Positions 19,807 to 30,514 of a stretch of 64,000 nucleotides of DNA are shown here, piece by piece. The stretch's first letter is position 1. The number at the start of each line of letters is the position of its first letter. Source of the DNA: Promethearchaeota archaeon (GTDB lineage: Archaea > Asgardarchaeota > Lokiarchaeia > Sigyniarchaeales > SOKP01); contig JAEOSU010000072.1 in assembly GCA_016840165.1 (NCBI GenBank), positions 96,001-160,000 on the forward strand, written 5' to 3'. Below the pieces are notes generated by a model. It did not search any database. It was not told the origin of the DNA and saw nothing but the letters and a program-made list of their open reading frames with translations. The translations under genes and the position numbers were made by a program.

Positions 19807-20475
19807 TTAAAAAAGCCCAGTTATGGATACCCCTATTACTAATAGTAAGAAACCTTGTAATAAACAAAAAGCACCTAAAATAAAAGCTAAGGGAGGCCAT
19901 GATATTGCTTTCGATATTGCCATCAATGCGCCTATATAGAACTTGACCGTAAGTGCAACTATTGCGAAAACAACAATAAAGACAATTATGAGGAGCAATT
20001 TTGGATTTATAAAGACTGCAATTACTTCGACAACTTCATCAGGAATAGAGAGTGCTAAGATAATAACAACTACAGAAGCTAATAAAATGCCCAATACACT
20101 AGATATCGGTAGATCATTGAGTGGTTTTAATAGAGTTAATATACCAACGATGATTAAAAAGACTGAGGTAAACAGACTTTTATGTGGAGAATTACTAGCA
20201 AAGGCTGTGCTGGGGGGTTGATCTAGTATAAGACCGCCAATACCGCTTATTAAGCTAAATATTCCGACAACTATCCCTAAATAGGTAAGAAATTTTAAAA
20301 ATTTGGTAATATCAAAATTCCAATCCTCTACCTTACGCTCCTTAAATGAACCACGTCGTTTGGTTTCATAAAATGCATATACCAACCACATTATCCCCAA
20401 AATCAAGGTGAAAAATCCCGCAAATTGTGCAAGAGGTTCCATAAAATTATCAGTAAAATTAAATTGATATATCAA
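19807..20475 (-). CDS. Uncharacterised membrane protein
   Basis: Six to seven hydrophobic helices. Confidence 0.7.
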   Translation of the reverse strand: MIYQFNFTDNFMEPLAQFAGFFTLILGIMWLVYAFYETKRRGSFKERKVEDWNFDITKFLKFLTYLGIVVGIFSLISGIGGLILDQPPSTAFASNSPHKSLFTSVFLIIVGILTLLKPLNDLPISSVLGILLASVVVIILALSIPDEVVEVIAVFINPKLLLIIVFIVVFAIVALTVKFYIGALMAISKAISWPPLAFILGAFCLLQGFLLLVIGVSITGLF

Positions 20476-20613
20476 TTATTTTCACGTCCAAATTATAATA
20501 TTAGTTTATTATTAAGATGAATATCGTTAATAAAATATTAATATATATTATAGTCCAATTTTTGAATTCAAGAAAATTTTTAATATAAAATAGAAGAATT
20601 GAAATTTCAACGA

Positions 20614-22308
20614 TTAGTTTATGAATGATACTGTCTTATCAACATAATCTAAATAATTTTGGATCTCCATATTTTTCTTAGCCTTATCCCATGAATATTC
20701 ATTTTTCATTATCTCAGCTACAATTTCTGCCGCTTCAGATGCTTTTCGATGGTCAATCCATAGTGACATTTCAGTTCGACGACAGAATAAATCGATTAGA
20801 TGGGTGGTTAATTCGTATCGTAGCGTATAAACAATTTCTGCCTTTATAAAATAGTTCTCATCAATGATTTTCTCCTTAAGTGTAGGATCTTGTCTGATTA
20901 ATTCAAGGATTTTGAGCGCTCCTTTGCCATATTGTTGATAAAGATGGTCTGAACCGTCATTATCCAATTCAATATCGAACTTTTGACGAGCTTTTTCCCA
21001 ATCCTCCTTTTGAAATGCTATAATATATTCTTGTCTTGAAAAATGTTTCTCTCTCTTAATATTGGAAAATATATTTAGCTCTTCTATTTTTTCAAATAAA
21101 TCTTCTGCCATAGCTCTCCAAGTTGTCAACTTTCCACCAGTAATAGTCATTAATCCATCTTTAGAATGAAAGATAAGATGTTTTCGAGAGATCTCACTTT
21201 CAGATTTACCTTTTTGCATGACTAATGGCCGTATTCCCGCATATGTAGACAATATATTCTTATAATCTAATTCCGCATTCGGAAAATAATATTTAGCAGC
21301 TTCAATGAGATAATCCGCATCCTCCTTATCACAAAAGGGATTTGCTAAATCTCCCTTATAATCAGTATCAGTGGTTCCGACTATTGTATAATGTTCATTT
21401 CGGGGCAATACAAATAAAAATCTACCATCAGATTTAGAACGGAGTATAGTTGCCATATTATTTTTAACATGCTCTCTTCTAAACTGTAGATGTACTCCCT
21501 TTGTCGGTCGTATTACTGGATTCGGAATATCATCTGGATAGTTCTCCACTAACTCGTCCGTCCATATTCCAGTCGCATTTACTACTAATTTGGCTTTTAC
21601 TTCAAATTCAATATTGTGTTCCAAATCCATGCATTTTATTCCATATATTTTCCCCTCATGTTTAAGGTATCCTATTACTTTGCAATAACTCAGAGCGTCA
21701 GCTCCCCGAATCACGGCTTCTTTGATAGTCTCTAGTGTTAGACGAGCATCATCGACGTTATTATCGTAATAAACAGCACCTCCTAGATTTCCCTCTCTAA
21801 TATACTCTGGTTCCATTTCGAATACCTCTTCAGGAGAATACCACTTGTATTGTTTATAGTTTTTAAACTCTGAATCCTTGTCGCTTAGAAAATCGTAAAC
21901 TTTACAAGCACCCTCAATTACCCGTTTTTTATATGTGCTACCTTCTAGATGTACAAACAAAAATGGTAGAGGGCGTATCAAATGTGGTATATGAACCCTC
22001 ATCCAATTCCTTTCTCTCGTAGCCTCCTTAACTAGGTCCATATCGCCATGACTAAGATATCGGATACCTCCATGTGCTAATTTTGTACTTCGCGACGAAG
22101 TCCCAGCTGAAAAGTCTTGCATGTCAATGATTGCAACCTTAAGACCTCTCATCGTAGCTTCTCTCGCGACTCCAGAACCTGTGATACCCGCTCCAATAAT
22201 AAATATATCATAAATTATAGATTCTAAATTCTGTCTAATTTTACTTCTTGCTTTTTCATTCCACAATCCGTCAAATAATCTCTCTTCTAAATTTGCCATT
22301 GATATCAC
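20614..22308 (-). CDS. glpD: FAD-dependent glycerol-3-phosphate dehydrogenase (GlpD/GlpA family)
   Basis: GAGITG, DFSAGTSSRSTKLAHGGIRYL, DDARL, NATGIW, GTTDT, YAGIRPL, GGKLTTWR. Confidence 0.92.
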   Translation of the reverse strand: MISMANLEERLFDGLWNEKARSKIRQNLESIIYDIFIIGAGITGSGVAREATMRGLKVAIIDMQDFSAGTSSRSTKLAHGGIRYLSHGDMDLVKEATRERNWMRVHIPHLIRPLPFLFVHLEGSTYKKRVIEGACKVYDFLSDKDSEFKNYKQYKWYSPEEVFEMEPEYIREGNLGGAVYYDNNVDDARLTLETIKEAVIRGADALSYCKVIGYLKHEGKIYGIKCMDLEHNIEFEVKAKLVVNATGIWTDELVENYPDDIPNPVIRPTKGVHLQFRREHVKNNMATILRSKSDGRFLFVLPRNEHYTIVGTTDTDYKGDLANPFCDKEDADYLIEAAKYYFPNAELDYKNILSTYAGIRPLVMQKGKSESEISRKHLIFHSKDGLMTITGGKLTTWRAMAEDLFEKIEELNIFSNIKREKHFSRQEYIIAFQKEDWEKARQKFDIELDNDGSDHLYQQYGKGALKILELIRQDPTLKEKIIDENYFIKAEIVYTLRYELTTHLIDLFCRRTEMSLWIDHRKASEAAEIVAEIMKNEYSWDKAKKNMEIQNYLDYVDKTVSFIN

Positions 22309-22368
22309 AAAGTAGAATCTTAGATGTTAATTAAAATTTATTTGATTGTTTAACATATTTTAAATTAA

Positions 22369-23553
22369 TCAGGGAAAGTAAGGTTTGTCTTCTAGAACGA
22401 ATTCCATGTATCTTTCAATGTACTGAATTAGCTGATTAAAACTTGGAGAAAATCCTGTTCGTACAAAAATCGCTGTTAAAGCATTTCCAATTAATATTGA
22501 TTCGGGAGGAGTCATCTTGGTTGTGAGTGATAGTGCAACTCCCGAGTTAAAATGATCTCCTGCAGCAACTGTAAACTTTGGGGTTGATGTATAACCCTCT
22601 GTAATCCAATAATGATCGGAATAAGTTGAAATGGTAGCAAAATGAGGTGAATGAATAACAAAATATGATAAATTAATTTCATCATTAATTAATCGCCCTC
22701 CTTTGACAAAATCTTTATTGTTTTCTTTTTTGGGTGTAATAGGTTTAACATTACTTAAAATGTGAGAAAGCCTAATGGCTTCTCGATCGTTAACGGTTAG
22801 CATTACTGGGATTTCTTGATCTACTTTTTGGAGTATCGCAATCATCTTATTAATATCCTCTTTCGATCGCTTTGTAATATCTGCAATGTCCACAAAAAAA
22901 AGTTTACTTTTTTTGTCTGTAACAGAAGGGAATAGGTTATCCAAGAAATAATCCCAAATATCATTTAGATGTGGGATTAAAGCCCAGTGTCCAAATCCAA
23001 GTATATTGGATTTATTAATATACTCTATTAATTTTGATTTTGAGACAGATTTCATAAGTGTTTCCGGATTTATATTAAGAATCGGTTCAAAATCTGTAAT
23101 CATTATTTTTCCATCATCAAACTCCAATCCAAGAGTCTCTCCTGGATTTGCGATTGATATTGATTCTACTAAGGATGATGATTTATAATATTGAGAAAGA
23201 TCAGGGCGTCCTAACGCCGCCACTAAAATGGTTTTAACACCTAAAGCATTTAACGCTCGACTGGTATTAGGAGCAAAACCTCCAAATATTCTCTTTTTTA
23301 AAACTCTCTCAATATTAGCAGAACTTCCTGCGATATCAATAATTAAAGTACCAAATTCCTTCATTGATTCCATTCTATCCCAATTTATCGCATCACTTCT
23401 ACTCTTGACTATTGAATAAAGTAAATCCAGATATCCATCAAAACCTAAAAAGCATGTCTTTATTATGGCTTGACGTTTAAAAGTATCGAGTTTAGGACTA
23501 ATATTATCGAGAGTTTCTAAAGTTACATCATATGCATTCAGCCTTTCGTACAT
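22369..23553 (-). CDS. PfkB/ribokinase-like carbohydrate kinase
   Basis: GFDGYLD N-terminus, GGFAPN, C-terminal TVAAGDHFNSG signature. Confidence 0.75.
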   Translation of the reverse strand: MYERLNAYDVTLETLDNISPKLDTFKRQAIIKTCFLGFDGYLDLLYSIVKSRSDAINWDRMESMKEFGTLIIDIAGSSANIERVLKKRIFGGFAPNTSRALNALGVKTILVAALGRPDLSQYYKSSSLVESISIANPGETLGLEFDDGKIMITDFEPILNINPETLMKSVSKSKLIEYINKSNILGFGHWALIPHLNDIWDYFLDNLFPSVTDKKSKLFFVDIADITKRSKEDINKMIAILQKVDQEIPVMLTVNDREAIRLSHILSNVKPITPKKENNKDFVKGGRLINDEINLSYFVIHSPHFATISTYSDHYWITEGYTSTPKFTVAAGDHFNSGVALSLTTKMTPPESILIGNALTAIFVRTGFSPSFNQLIQYIERYMEFVLEDKPYFP

Positions 23554-23582
23554 AGATAATGATATTAAAGCTTTTATTTAAA

Positions 23583-24554
23583 TTAATCAGATAATAAACG
23601 ACTCAAAATGAGTGGAAGGGAATATATATCCCAATAATTATGATGTATTATTTCTCGTATTACTCCCACGTATCTGTAAGGGTCTTCGAGATATAATTTA
23701 TAACAGAATCCCACCAAACTACTTGGGAGTTCATTGTCTCTTTTGATTTCTAAGAGTTTTCTTTCCATATTAGTGAGGGTATAGCTGTTGAACATTCCTT
23801 TATATTTTCTACGACAGTTATGATACAAATCAATATGGTGATACCTTGTATTCGAGTTTTCATAAGGAATTTCATCACTGGAAATCATAGGATTTTCTTC
23901 GAAAAAATACAAAAGTCGATTTGCTATATAAGGAATATCAAAACTTTTACCATTAAAAGAGATAAAGCATTTAAAATAAGGGAGAATTTGTTTACGGAAA
24001 TGGTCGCATATTGCAATTTCCTCTTCTAAATCTCGAGCAAATAGAATTCTTATCTGAAATTGATTATCTTGAAAAAAGCCAAGGCCAATTATGATTATTG
24101 GACTATCATATATACCTAGCGTTTCAATGTCAATAAATAGAAGATCTTGGAGATTGAAGCAAAATGATACATCTAAATCATAGATATAACTATTCTGTAA
24201 GAGACGCTCGTATTCTTTTCTTTTTATTAATTCTATTAACTCTAAGGCAGATTTATTATATCGCTTATGGATTCTTAAATCTAAAATGGATTTAACTCCT
24301 TTCTTCACCAAGTTTTGCTCTATTTTTTCTCCGATATAATACACGGTCTTGAGATTTCTAAGAAGTTTTTTCCGAGTGGCAAGTAAATTTAAATTCCAAC
24401 TAGGATTTTCAACTGACCAGCTAAGTTCCATAAAAGAGCCAAAATCATTGGTGATAATTGAATGTTGATCAAAAATATGCTCTAATTTCTCTCCGCTATA
24501 TTGATCTAGCAATGCACTGATATCAAAACTATCAAAATTATAGTAATAATCCAT
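23583..24554 (-). CDS. RNase H-like (YprB/RNase_H_2) DEDD exonuclease domain protein
   Basis: FIDIETLG, SFNGKSFDIPYI, HIDL, HNYWDI. Confidence 0.85.
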   Translation of the reverse strand: MDYYYNFDSFDISALLDQYSGEKLEHIFDQHSIITNDFGSFMELSWSVENPSWNLNLLATRKKLLRNLKTVYYIGEKIEQNLVKKGVKSILDLRIHKRYNKSALELIELIKRKEYERLLQNSYIYDLDVSFCFNLQDLLFIDIETLGIYDSPIIIIGLGFFQDNQFQIRILFARDLEEEIAICDHFRKQILPYFKCFISFNGKSFDIPYIANRLLYFFEENPMISSDEIPYENSNTRYHHIDLYHNCRRKYKGMFNSYTLTNMERKLLEIKRDNELPSSLVGFCYKLYLEDPYRYVGVIREIIHHNYWDIYSLPLILSRLLSD

Positions 24555-24659
24555 TATCTTAAGTAAAAGTATTGAAATATTTATTAATTCATGCTCTTAA
24601 GATTTTTAATAAAAGTAATACCATAGAAAGGATTGAATGATTTTGAGTTATACAACGTA

Positions 24660-25994
24660 TTAGTAGTTAATTTTAGGAATAGTATCATCTCTTTCACTGC
24701 GAGAGGGTTTATATTTAAAGAATCTTCGTGATTCACTATCCTCTAAGACATAATTGCTTCCTCCGCCATGTACCATACAATAAGGATCCAGCAGACCAAT
24801 TTCATTCGCATATTGCCGAGTAAATCCTCGACCCCCCATAGTCCTGAAACAATGTATGGCACTTTCAAACCCTAATTCCGTTGTACTAATCTTTAGTCCC
24901 ATAGCATTAGCTGCCATCAGTTTTGAGCTTCCCAGTTCAGGATCTTCATCCAATTGTCTTGTGTAGTTAATTAACGCAGATATATGCAAATTTAATTCTC
25001 TTATTTTCCGAGATATTGGAAATCTGATAACTTGATATTGATGTAATCTTTTTTCAAATTGTCTTCGTTGCAAGGCATATGCATGAGAATAAAGTAGTTT
25101 TTTCATTGCATCACCTAATGCTTCAGCGCTAATTACCAATCTTTCTTCAGTTAATTGATGAAATGCGATATCTAAACCATGACCTTGCAGAAGGTTCTCT
25201 TTTGGGATTTCAACTCTGTCAAAGATAAGCCTACTTACAAATGCATCAGTCATACCATAAGTTCTTACACGCATACTACGAAAATCCTTTACTTGTTGAT
25301 TTTCAGTTTCAAAAATTATTGCACCTAATTGCCCATTGTCTAATCGGCCATATATTATGATATAATCAGCGATCATTCCATTAGTAATAAATAATTTCTT
25401 ACCTTTTGCAATGATTTTATCATCTTTTTCATATAATCTTAACTCCATTCTAAAGATATCTGATCCCGCATTGAATTCTGTCATTGCAGAAGCACCTACT
25501 TGACCATCTTTTGCGACGGGAATTAGGTAACGCTCTTTTTGCCATTCATTTGCCGCATAATTAACAGGATTGCAATATAAGGTACCACCCGCCAGTCTTC
25601 CCATTTCAATACTGTAATTTCCGGCGATATATCTCTCACTATATTCACTCCAGCGCCCTCCACATAATGCATAAGCTATTAATGCATTACGTGTAATTCT
25701 ACCTACTTCATAATCATCAGTATTTAGAACCGTTGAATAGTAGCCTCTTTTAGCTAATTTTTTCATGATCCCTATGACTATCTCTTTCTTCTTTTCTTGA
25801 GTAGGTTCTTCAACAAAATAGTTTAATTCTTCTAATTTTCTTAATTCGACATCAATTTCGTTTTCAATAAATTCGTATAATTCTGCTAAAAATTCCTTCT
25901 CATTTGATTTAAGAACGGGATTATTTAATAAATCTAATTCAGGGACATAGCGCTGGATTTTAATCTTTTCAAATTCGCTGATTCTTGTATCCAT
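24660..25994 (-). CDS. Acyl-CoA dehydrogenase
   Basis: AMTEFNAGSD, GKKLFITNG, YALQRRQF, MGGRGF; HGGG replaces YEG, so catalytic Glu is probably in LTEERL (LCAD/IVD-type position). Confidence 0.88.
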   Translation of the reverse strand: MDTRISEFEKIKIQRYVPELDLLNNPVLKSNEKEFLAELYEFIENEIDVELRKLEELNYFVEEPTQEKKKEIVIGIMKKLAKRGYYSTVLNTDDYEVGRITRNALIAYALCGGRWSEYSERYIAGNYSIEMGRLAGGTLYCNPVNYAANEWQKERYLIPVAKDGQVGASAMTEFNAGSDIFRMELRLYEKDDKIIAKGKKLFITNGMIADYIIIYGRLDNGQLGAIIFETENQQVKDFRSMRVRTYGMTDAFVSRLIFDRVEIPKENLLQGHGLDIAFHQLTEERLVISAEALGDAMKKLLYSHAYALQRRQFEKRLHQYQVIRFPISRKIRELNLHISALINYTRQLDEDPELGSSKLMAANAMGLKISTTELGFESAIHCFRTMGGRGFTRQYANEIGLLDPYCMVHGGGSNYVLEDSESRRFFKYKPSRSERDDTIPKINY

Positions 25995-26139
25995 TTTAAA
26001 TCAATAAATTAAAGTAGTATATCTTGAATATTATAACTCTAGTAATTTTAAAAGTTTAAAGGTAAAAAAACTTTATAACTAACAAATTTAATTGATTTTA
26101 AAAAAAATTTAAAAATTTAACAATAAGAGTTTGAAAAAA

Positions 26140-27561
26140 ATGATTAAATTTAGTGATAAGCAATTAAAGATACCAGAAATGAGTAAGCCAGTCTACTTAG
26201 CCACTGTTGGCATGTCAAAATTTGATCGTGCATTTCCAGAAACAAGAACTGAGGAGCTATGTATTCAAGCGTTAACAGCTGCAGCAGATTTTGTGAACAT
26301 GACTCCAGCTGAATTGAAAAGCTTTATTCATACTGCATATTATGGGCATTTTGCGGATCATTTTGGTGATCAATTACTCGGAGAAGCAGTAATACATGAT
26401 AGACTTGGATTGGATCCTTTAGGAACTATTGGTGTTAAAACAGGTGGTGCTACAGGTGGATCAACCATGTGGGAAGCAATTAAAGCAGTAGCTTCTGGGT
26501 ATAGTGACTGTGCTTTGGCTCTAGGCTGGGAACGTATGGATGAGGTTCCTACAGATGAGGGAAATCATCTAATTTCATGCGCTGCTGATAAAGATTGGGA
26601 AACTCCACTTGGTCACATTTATACAGGTTATTATGCAGTTATGGCTCAAAGGTATTGGCAGATATTTGGGAAAGCTGAAGATTCTTTTAGGAAAACTATG
26701 GCTGAAATTGCGGTTAAGAATCGAGGATATGCAAGAATGAATCCACACGCACACGGTCCTATGAAAATAACTGTGGAAGATGTTATTAACTCCCCCGTTG
26801 TAGCATATCCCCTCCGAGCCCTAGATTGTTGTTTAATGAGTGTCGGCTCTGCCTGTGGAATTGTATGTGATGAGAAAACGGCGTATGAAATAACCGATAA
26901 GCCTCTTCGGATTTGGATTGGTGCAGGAAGCCATACTTTAAGAGTTGCTGATCGACGTGATATGAAAATCCCACTTCTACCCAATGAAGAACCGGGTCAA
27001 TATGACGATCTAGGTAAAAAATTTCCAGGCGGAGATAGATATCCTGGATTTAGTAGCTTCTTAGCCGCTCGTATTGCTGCCTACTATGCTTATAATATGA
27101 CAGGGGTAGTGGATCCAAGCGAAGATTTAGATGTAGTTGAACTTCATGATGCATTTACAATAAGTGATATTCAATCATATGAAGATATTGGAATTAGACC
27201 ATATGGACAGGGTAGGGACTATATTGAATCTGGTGATGCCTATGTTATAAATCCAAAGACGAATAAACCTGGAAAATTACCAAGCAATCCATGTGGAGGG
27301 CTTATAGGCTGTATGCATGCTGTGGGTGCTACAGGACTAATGCAAATCGCAGAAATCGGTTATCACATTTGGAATCGATGGGATGAAATTCATGAGCCAG
27401 AAGAAAAATGGAAAGCTTTTGGTCGGGAAAAACCAAAAGATTGGACGAGTTTACAAGTAAAAGGAGCCAAACGTGGATTAGCTATTAGTCATGCGGGAGT
27501 AGGTTCGCATGTTACCTGTACCATTTTAATGGATCCTAATCATTTAATCAAGGAGGATTAA
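26140..27561 (+). CDS. Thiolase-fold (SCP-x type) protein lacking the nucleophilic Cys
   Basis: AVKNR, ELHDAF, NPCGGL, HAVGATG; KTGGATGGS at the usual NACASG site. Confidence 0.88.
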   Translation: MIKFSDKQLKIPEMSKPVYLATVGMSKFDRAFPETRTEELCIQALTAAADFVNMTPAELKSFIHTAYYGHFADHFGDQLLGEAVIHDRLGLDPLGTIGVKTGGATGGSTMWEAIKAVASGYSDCALALGWERMDEVPTDEGNHLISCAADKDWETPLGHIYTGYYAVMAQRYWQIFGKAEDSFRKTMAEIAVKNRGYARMNPHAHGPMKITVEDVINSPVVAYPLRALDCCLMSVGSACGIVCDEKTAYEITDKPLRIWIGAGSHTLRVADRRDMKIPLLPNEEPGQYDDLGKKFPGGDRYPGFSSFLAARIAAYYAYNMTGVVDPSEDLDVVELHDAFTISDIQSYEDIGIRPYGQGRDYIESGDAYVINPKTNKPGKLPSNPCGGLIGCMHAVGATGLMQIAEIGYHIWNRWDEIHEPEEKWKAFGREKPKDWTSLQVKGAKRGLAISHAGVGSHVTCTILMDPNHLIKED

Positions 27562-27566
27562 AAAAA

Positions 27567-28169
27567 ATGCCGAAAACAGAAGAGGAAAAGGGTTTTGTTG
27601 ATATAGTTAATGGAAGGTATAAACCGAGGGGAAAATTTCACATAATAGAGAAAAATCAACCCATAATTAACAAGGACACGGGAAAATTAGCAGGAGTAAC
27701 AAATCCAAGAGATATGACCTATATCCATTCTTACGGTGGTGAAGCTCCATTTTTCGAAGGAATAGGTAAAGGAAAACTTTTAGCAACCCGATGTGATAAT
27801 CCAAAATGTGATAGCAAGGGTTCGATTTTTGAGCCTTTCAGAATTTATTGTCCTGATTGTTTAAGAAAAGCCACTATAGTTGATATCACAGAAAAAGCAC
27901 GTAACACTGCGAAAATTCATTCCTTTATTATTACTCATCGTTCAGGAGCGTTTAATACTCTACCTAAACCTATAAAATTCATTAATGTTGAGTTTGATGA
28001 AGAAGTAGTCACTATTCTGATGAGCGTATTAGTCGTAGGAGAACCAGAGATTGGAAAGAGAGTAGTACCAATTTTTCGAACAAAAGACCCCACCTATACT
28101 ATTATGGACTTAATGTTTGTTCTTGAAGGTACTCCCGAATCAGAACTACCTGAAGGATTCACATTTTAA
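27567..28169 (+). CDS. DUF35 Zn-ribbon/OB-fold acyl-CoA-binding protein
   Basis: CDNPKC...YCPDC, IGKRVVPIF; 5 nt downstream of the thiolase-fold gene. Confidence 0.85.
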   Translation: MPKTEEEKGFVDIVNGRYKPRGKFHIIEKNQPIINKDTGKLAGVTNPRDMTYIHSYGGEAPFFEGIGKGKLLATRCDNPKCDSKGSIFEPFRIYCPDCLRKATIVDITEKARNTAKIHSFIITHRSGAFNTLPKPIKFINVEFDEEVVTILMSVLVVGEPEIGKRVVPIFRTKDPTYTIMDLMFVLEGTPESELPEGFTF

Positions 28170-28257
28170 ACTAAATAATCTTTTATATTTTTTTTATATA
28201 TATACCTAAGAGAAAAAAAGAGAAATAAAAAAATTTTGTAAAAAAGGAATTTGTTGC

Positions 28258-29157
28258 TTAAAGTTCTACATGCTCCTTTTTAAGATGGAAGATTTTTCTT
28301 GCTTCGTCGCCTTGAGCAATTTCCCTTCCTGCAACTTCCGCTACCTTTTTAGCCCATGCTACTTGTTCATAACTTCCTTTTGCTAATTCACCAGATATAA
28401 CACGGGTATTATCTTCTAAACCAACTCGAATATGCCCTCCTAATGCGGCAGCACATAAACCAGCTGAGAATTGTTGTTTGGAAACCCCACAAACGCTCCA
28501 TGTAGCATCTTCAGGTATAAGTTCTAATAATAAGGATAAATTCTTAGGTGAGAACGGAATACCTCCAAGAACACCCCATACAAACTGGAAGTGTAGTGGT
28601 TGAGCAAATGTGCTTTCATCCCGATTGAGGAAAAGCATATTATACAGCCCTCCTAAGTCATATATCTCCATTTCTGGTTTTGTTCTTGCTTTTTTCATTT
28701 CTTTAGCAAACTTCGAAATAGTTTTAAAAGTATTAGCAAAAATATTTCCCGCTCCCATTCCTACTTTTCCAGTTCTATAATCTCCTACAGCAAAATTCAT
28801 AGATGCTGTATTCAAGGAAGCTAATGGGGGTTTAAATGTTTGAACGGGCGCAATTCTTTGCTTATCTGTAGCCACTGAACTAATAGCGCTACTTAAATTA
28901 ATAATCACATCCGGAGCTTTTGATTTAATATTATCTAATACATCTTTAATAAGATCTAATTCATGAGTAGGATTCCCTTTTTCTGGATCTCTTGCATGAA
29001 TATGGACAATCGCAGCACCCGCATCGTAACATTTTTTAGCTTCATCTCCAAATTCTTCTGCTGTATAAGGAACGGAAGGATTATTGGCCTTTGTGGTAAT
29101 TGCACCAGCTAAAGCTGCTGAAATAACCAACTTATTTTCTGGATTTGATTCAGACAT
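28258..29157 (-). CDS. Beta-keto acid cleavage enzyme (DUF849/Kce family)
   Basis: NPSVPYT, AGAAIVHIHARD, KPEMEIYD, GGHIRVGLEDN. Confidence 0.92.
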   Translation of the reverse strand: MSESNPENKLVISAALAGAITTKANNPSVPYTAEEFGDEAKKCYDAGAAIVHIHARDPEKGNPTHELDLIKDVLDNIKSKAPDVIINLSSAISSVATDKQRIAPVQTFKPPLASLNTASMNFAVGDYRTGKVGMGAGNIFANTFKTISKFAKEMKKARTKPEMEIYDLGGLYNMLFLNRDESTFAQPLHFQFVWGVLGGIPFSPKNLSLLLELIPEDATWSVCGVSKQQFSAGLCAAALGGHIRVGLEDNTRVISGELAKGSYEQVAWAKKVAEVAGREIAQGDEARKIFHLKKEHVEL

Positions 29158-29368
29158 GTTTAATTTACACTTTTTAGTATTTAGATTGTTATTCATATAT
29201 GATTATATTAAATTAAAATTGATCATCTTTCTATTTAAATTTTAAAAATTGGGTCTTGTAGAACTTACTTTTTTATACAAACCAAATAAAAACTATTTAT
29301 AGATCAATTATTCAATATAATAATAATTTAAATGAATTTTTAAAAATTAAAAGACATGGAATTCAAAA

Positions 29369-30511
29369 ATGGACAAAGTAGCAATTGTAGGATGTACTCA
29401 GTCGAAATATGAAGCTCAAAAAATCGATTTACCTTATTCAGAACTTGATTTTGAAGTTGTTAAAAAGCTTCATAACGAACTGGGAATAAGTAATGATGAT
29501 GTGGGGTGTGTAATCACAAGTTCCAATGATTTTAACGATGGGAGAACAATAGCTAATATGGCTATTCAAGACGCTGTTGGGGCTGTCAGGAAAGCCGAAT
29601 CTAGAGTTTCTGGCGATGGAGCATTTGCATACATGTATGGAGCCATGAGAATACTCTCTGGAGAATATGATACTGTTCTTGTGGTTTCACATGGTAAATG
29701 TTCTGAGGGGGATCAATGTCTAATAAATAATTCGATATTTGATCCTTTTTACCAACGACATTTAGGATTAGATCAAATTTCTTCTGCGGGATTAATGGCG
29801 AATATGTATATGACTAAATATAATATTACTGAGGAACAGGCTGCTAAGATAGTAGTGAAAAATCGAAAAAATGCTCTCAATAATCCTTATGCCCATCTTC
29901 AGAAAGCAGTGAATTTAAATGAAGTCTTAAAGTCAGAAATGCTCGCTTATCCATTAAAACAGCTAGATTTTCCCCCTTATAGTGATGGAGCAGTTGCGAT
30001 GTTACTTACTAGCGAAAAGATGGCGAAGAAGTTAACTGACACTCCAATATGGTTAAAAGGGTATGCCAGCTGTACTGACAGTTATTATCTTGGACATAGA
30101 ACCATGACAGATCTAATAGGATTAGAGTATGCCGCGAAAGAAGCATATAAAATAGCCGGTATTAAGAATCCAGTTAAAGATTTAGACGTGGCTGAAGTTT
30201 TTGAAGCTTTTTCTGCCCATGAACTCATGATTTATGAAGCATTAGGTTTTTGTGGGAAAGGAGAAGGAGGGAAATATATGGACAGTGGAGAGACAGAGAT
30301 GGATGGGGAAATTCCTGTTAATCCATCGGGAGGAGTGCTATCTAGTAATATAGCAATGGGAAATGGTTTAGTTCGCGTTGCTGAGATCGCTCTACAGCTT
30401 ATGGGGAAGGCTGAAAAACGACAAGTTTCCGACGCAAAAATTGGATTAGCATATGGAATGAATGGGATATGTTCCCAGGGAAATTGTGTATTAATATTTG
30501 GAGGTGCATAA
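29369..30511 (+). CDS. Ltp4-like thiolase-fold protein (aldolase subunit)
   Basis: SSNDFNDGR, AESRVSGDGAFA, RILSGEYDTVLV-HGKCSEG, DQISSAGLMA resemble actinobacterial Ltp4 as recalled; no catalytic Cys/His. Confidence 0.8.
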   Translation: MDKVAIVGCTQSKYEAQKIDLPYSELDFEVVKKLHNELGISNDDVGCVITSSNDFNDGRTIANMAIQDAVGAVRKAESRVSGDGAFAYMYGAMRILSGEYDTVLVVSHGKCSEGDQCLINNSIFDPFYQRHLGLDQISSAGLMANMYMTKYNITEEQAAKIVVKNRKNALNNPYAHLQKAVNLNEVLKSEMLAYPLKQLDFPPYSDGAVAMLLTSEKMAKKLTDTPIWLKGYASCTDSYYLGHRTMTDLIGLEYAAKEAYKIAGIKNPVKDLDVAEVFEAFSAHELMIYEALGFCGKGEGGKYMDSGETEMDGEIPVNPSGGVLSSNIAMGNGLVRVAEIALQLMGKAEKRQVSDAKIGLAYGMNGICSQGNCVLIFGGA

Positions 30512-30514
30512 AAG

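Noticed and set aside
23583-24554. YprB nuclease as part of a defence or MrfAB repair system
   Set aside because: No DUF1998 helicase or other partner is adjacent
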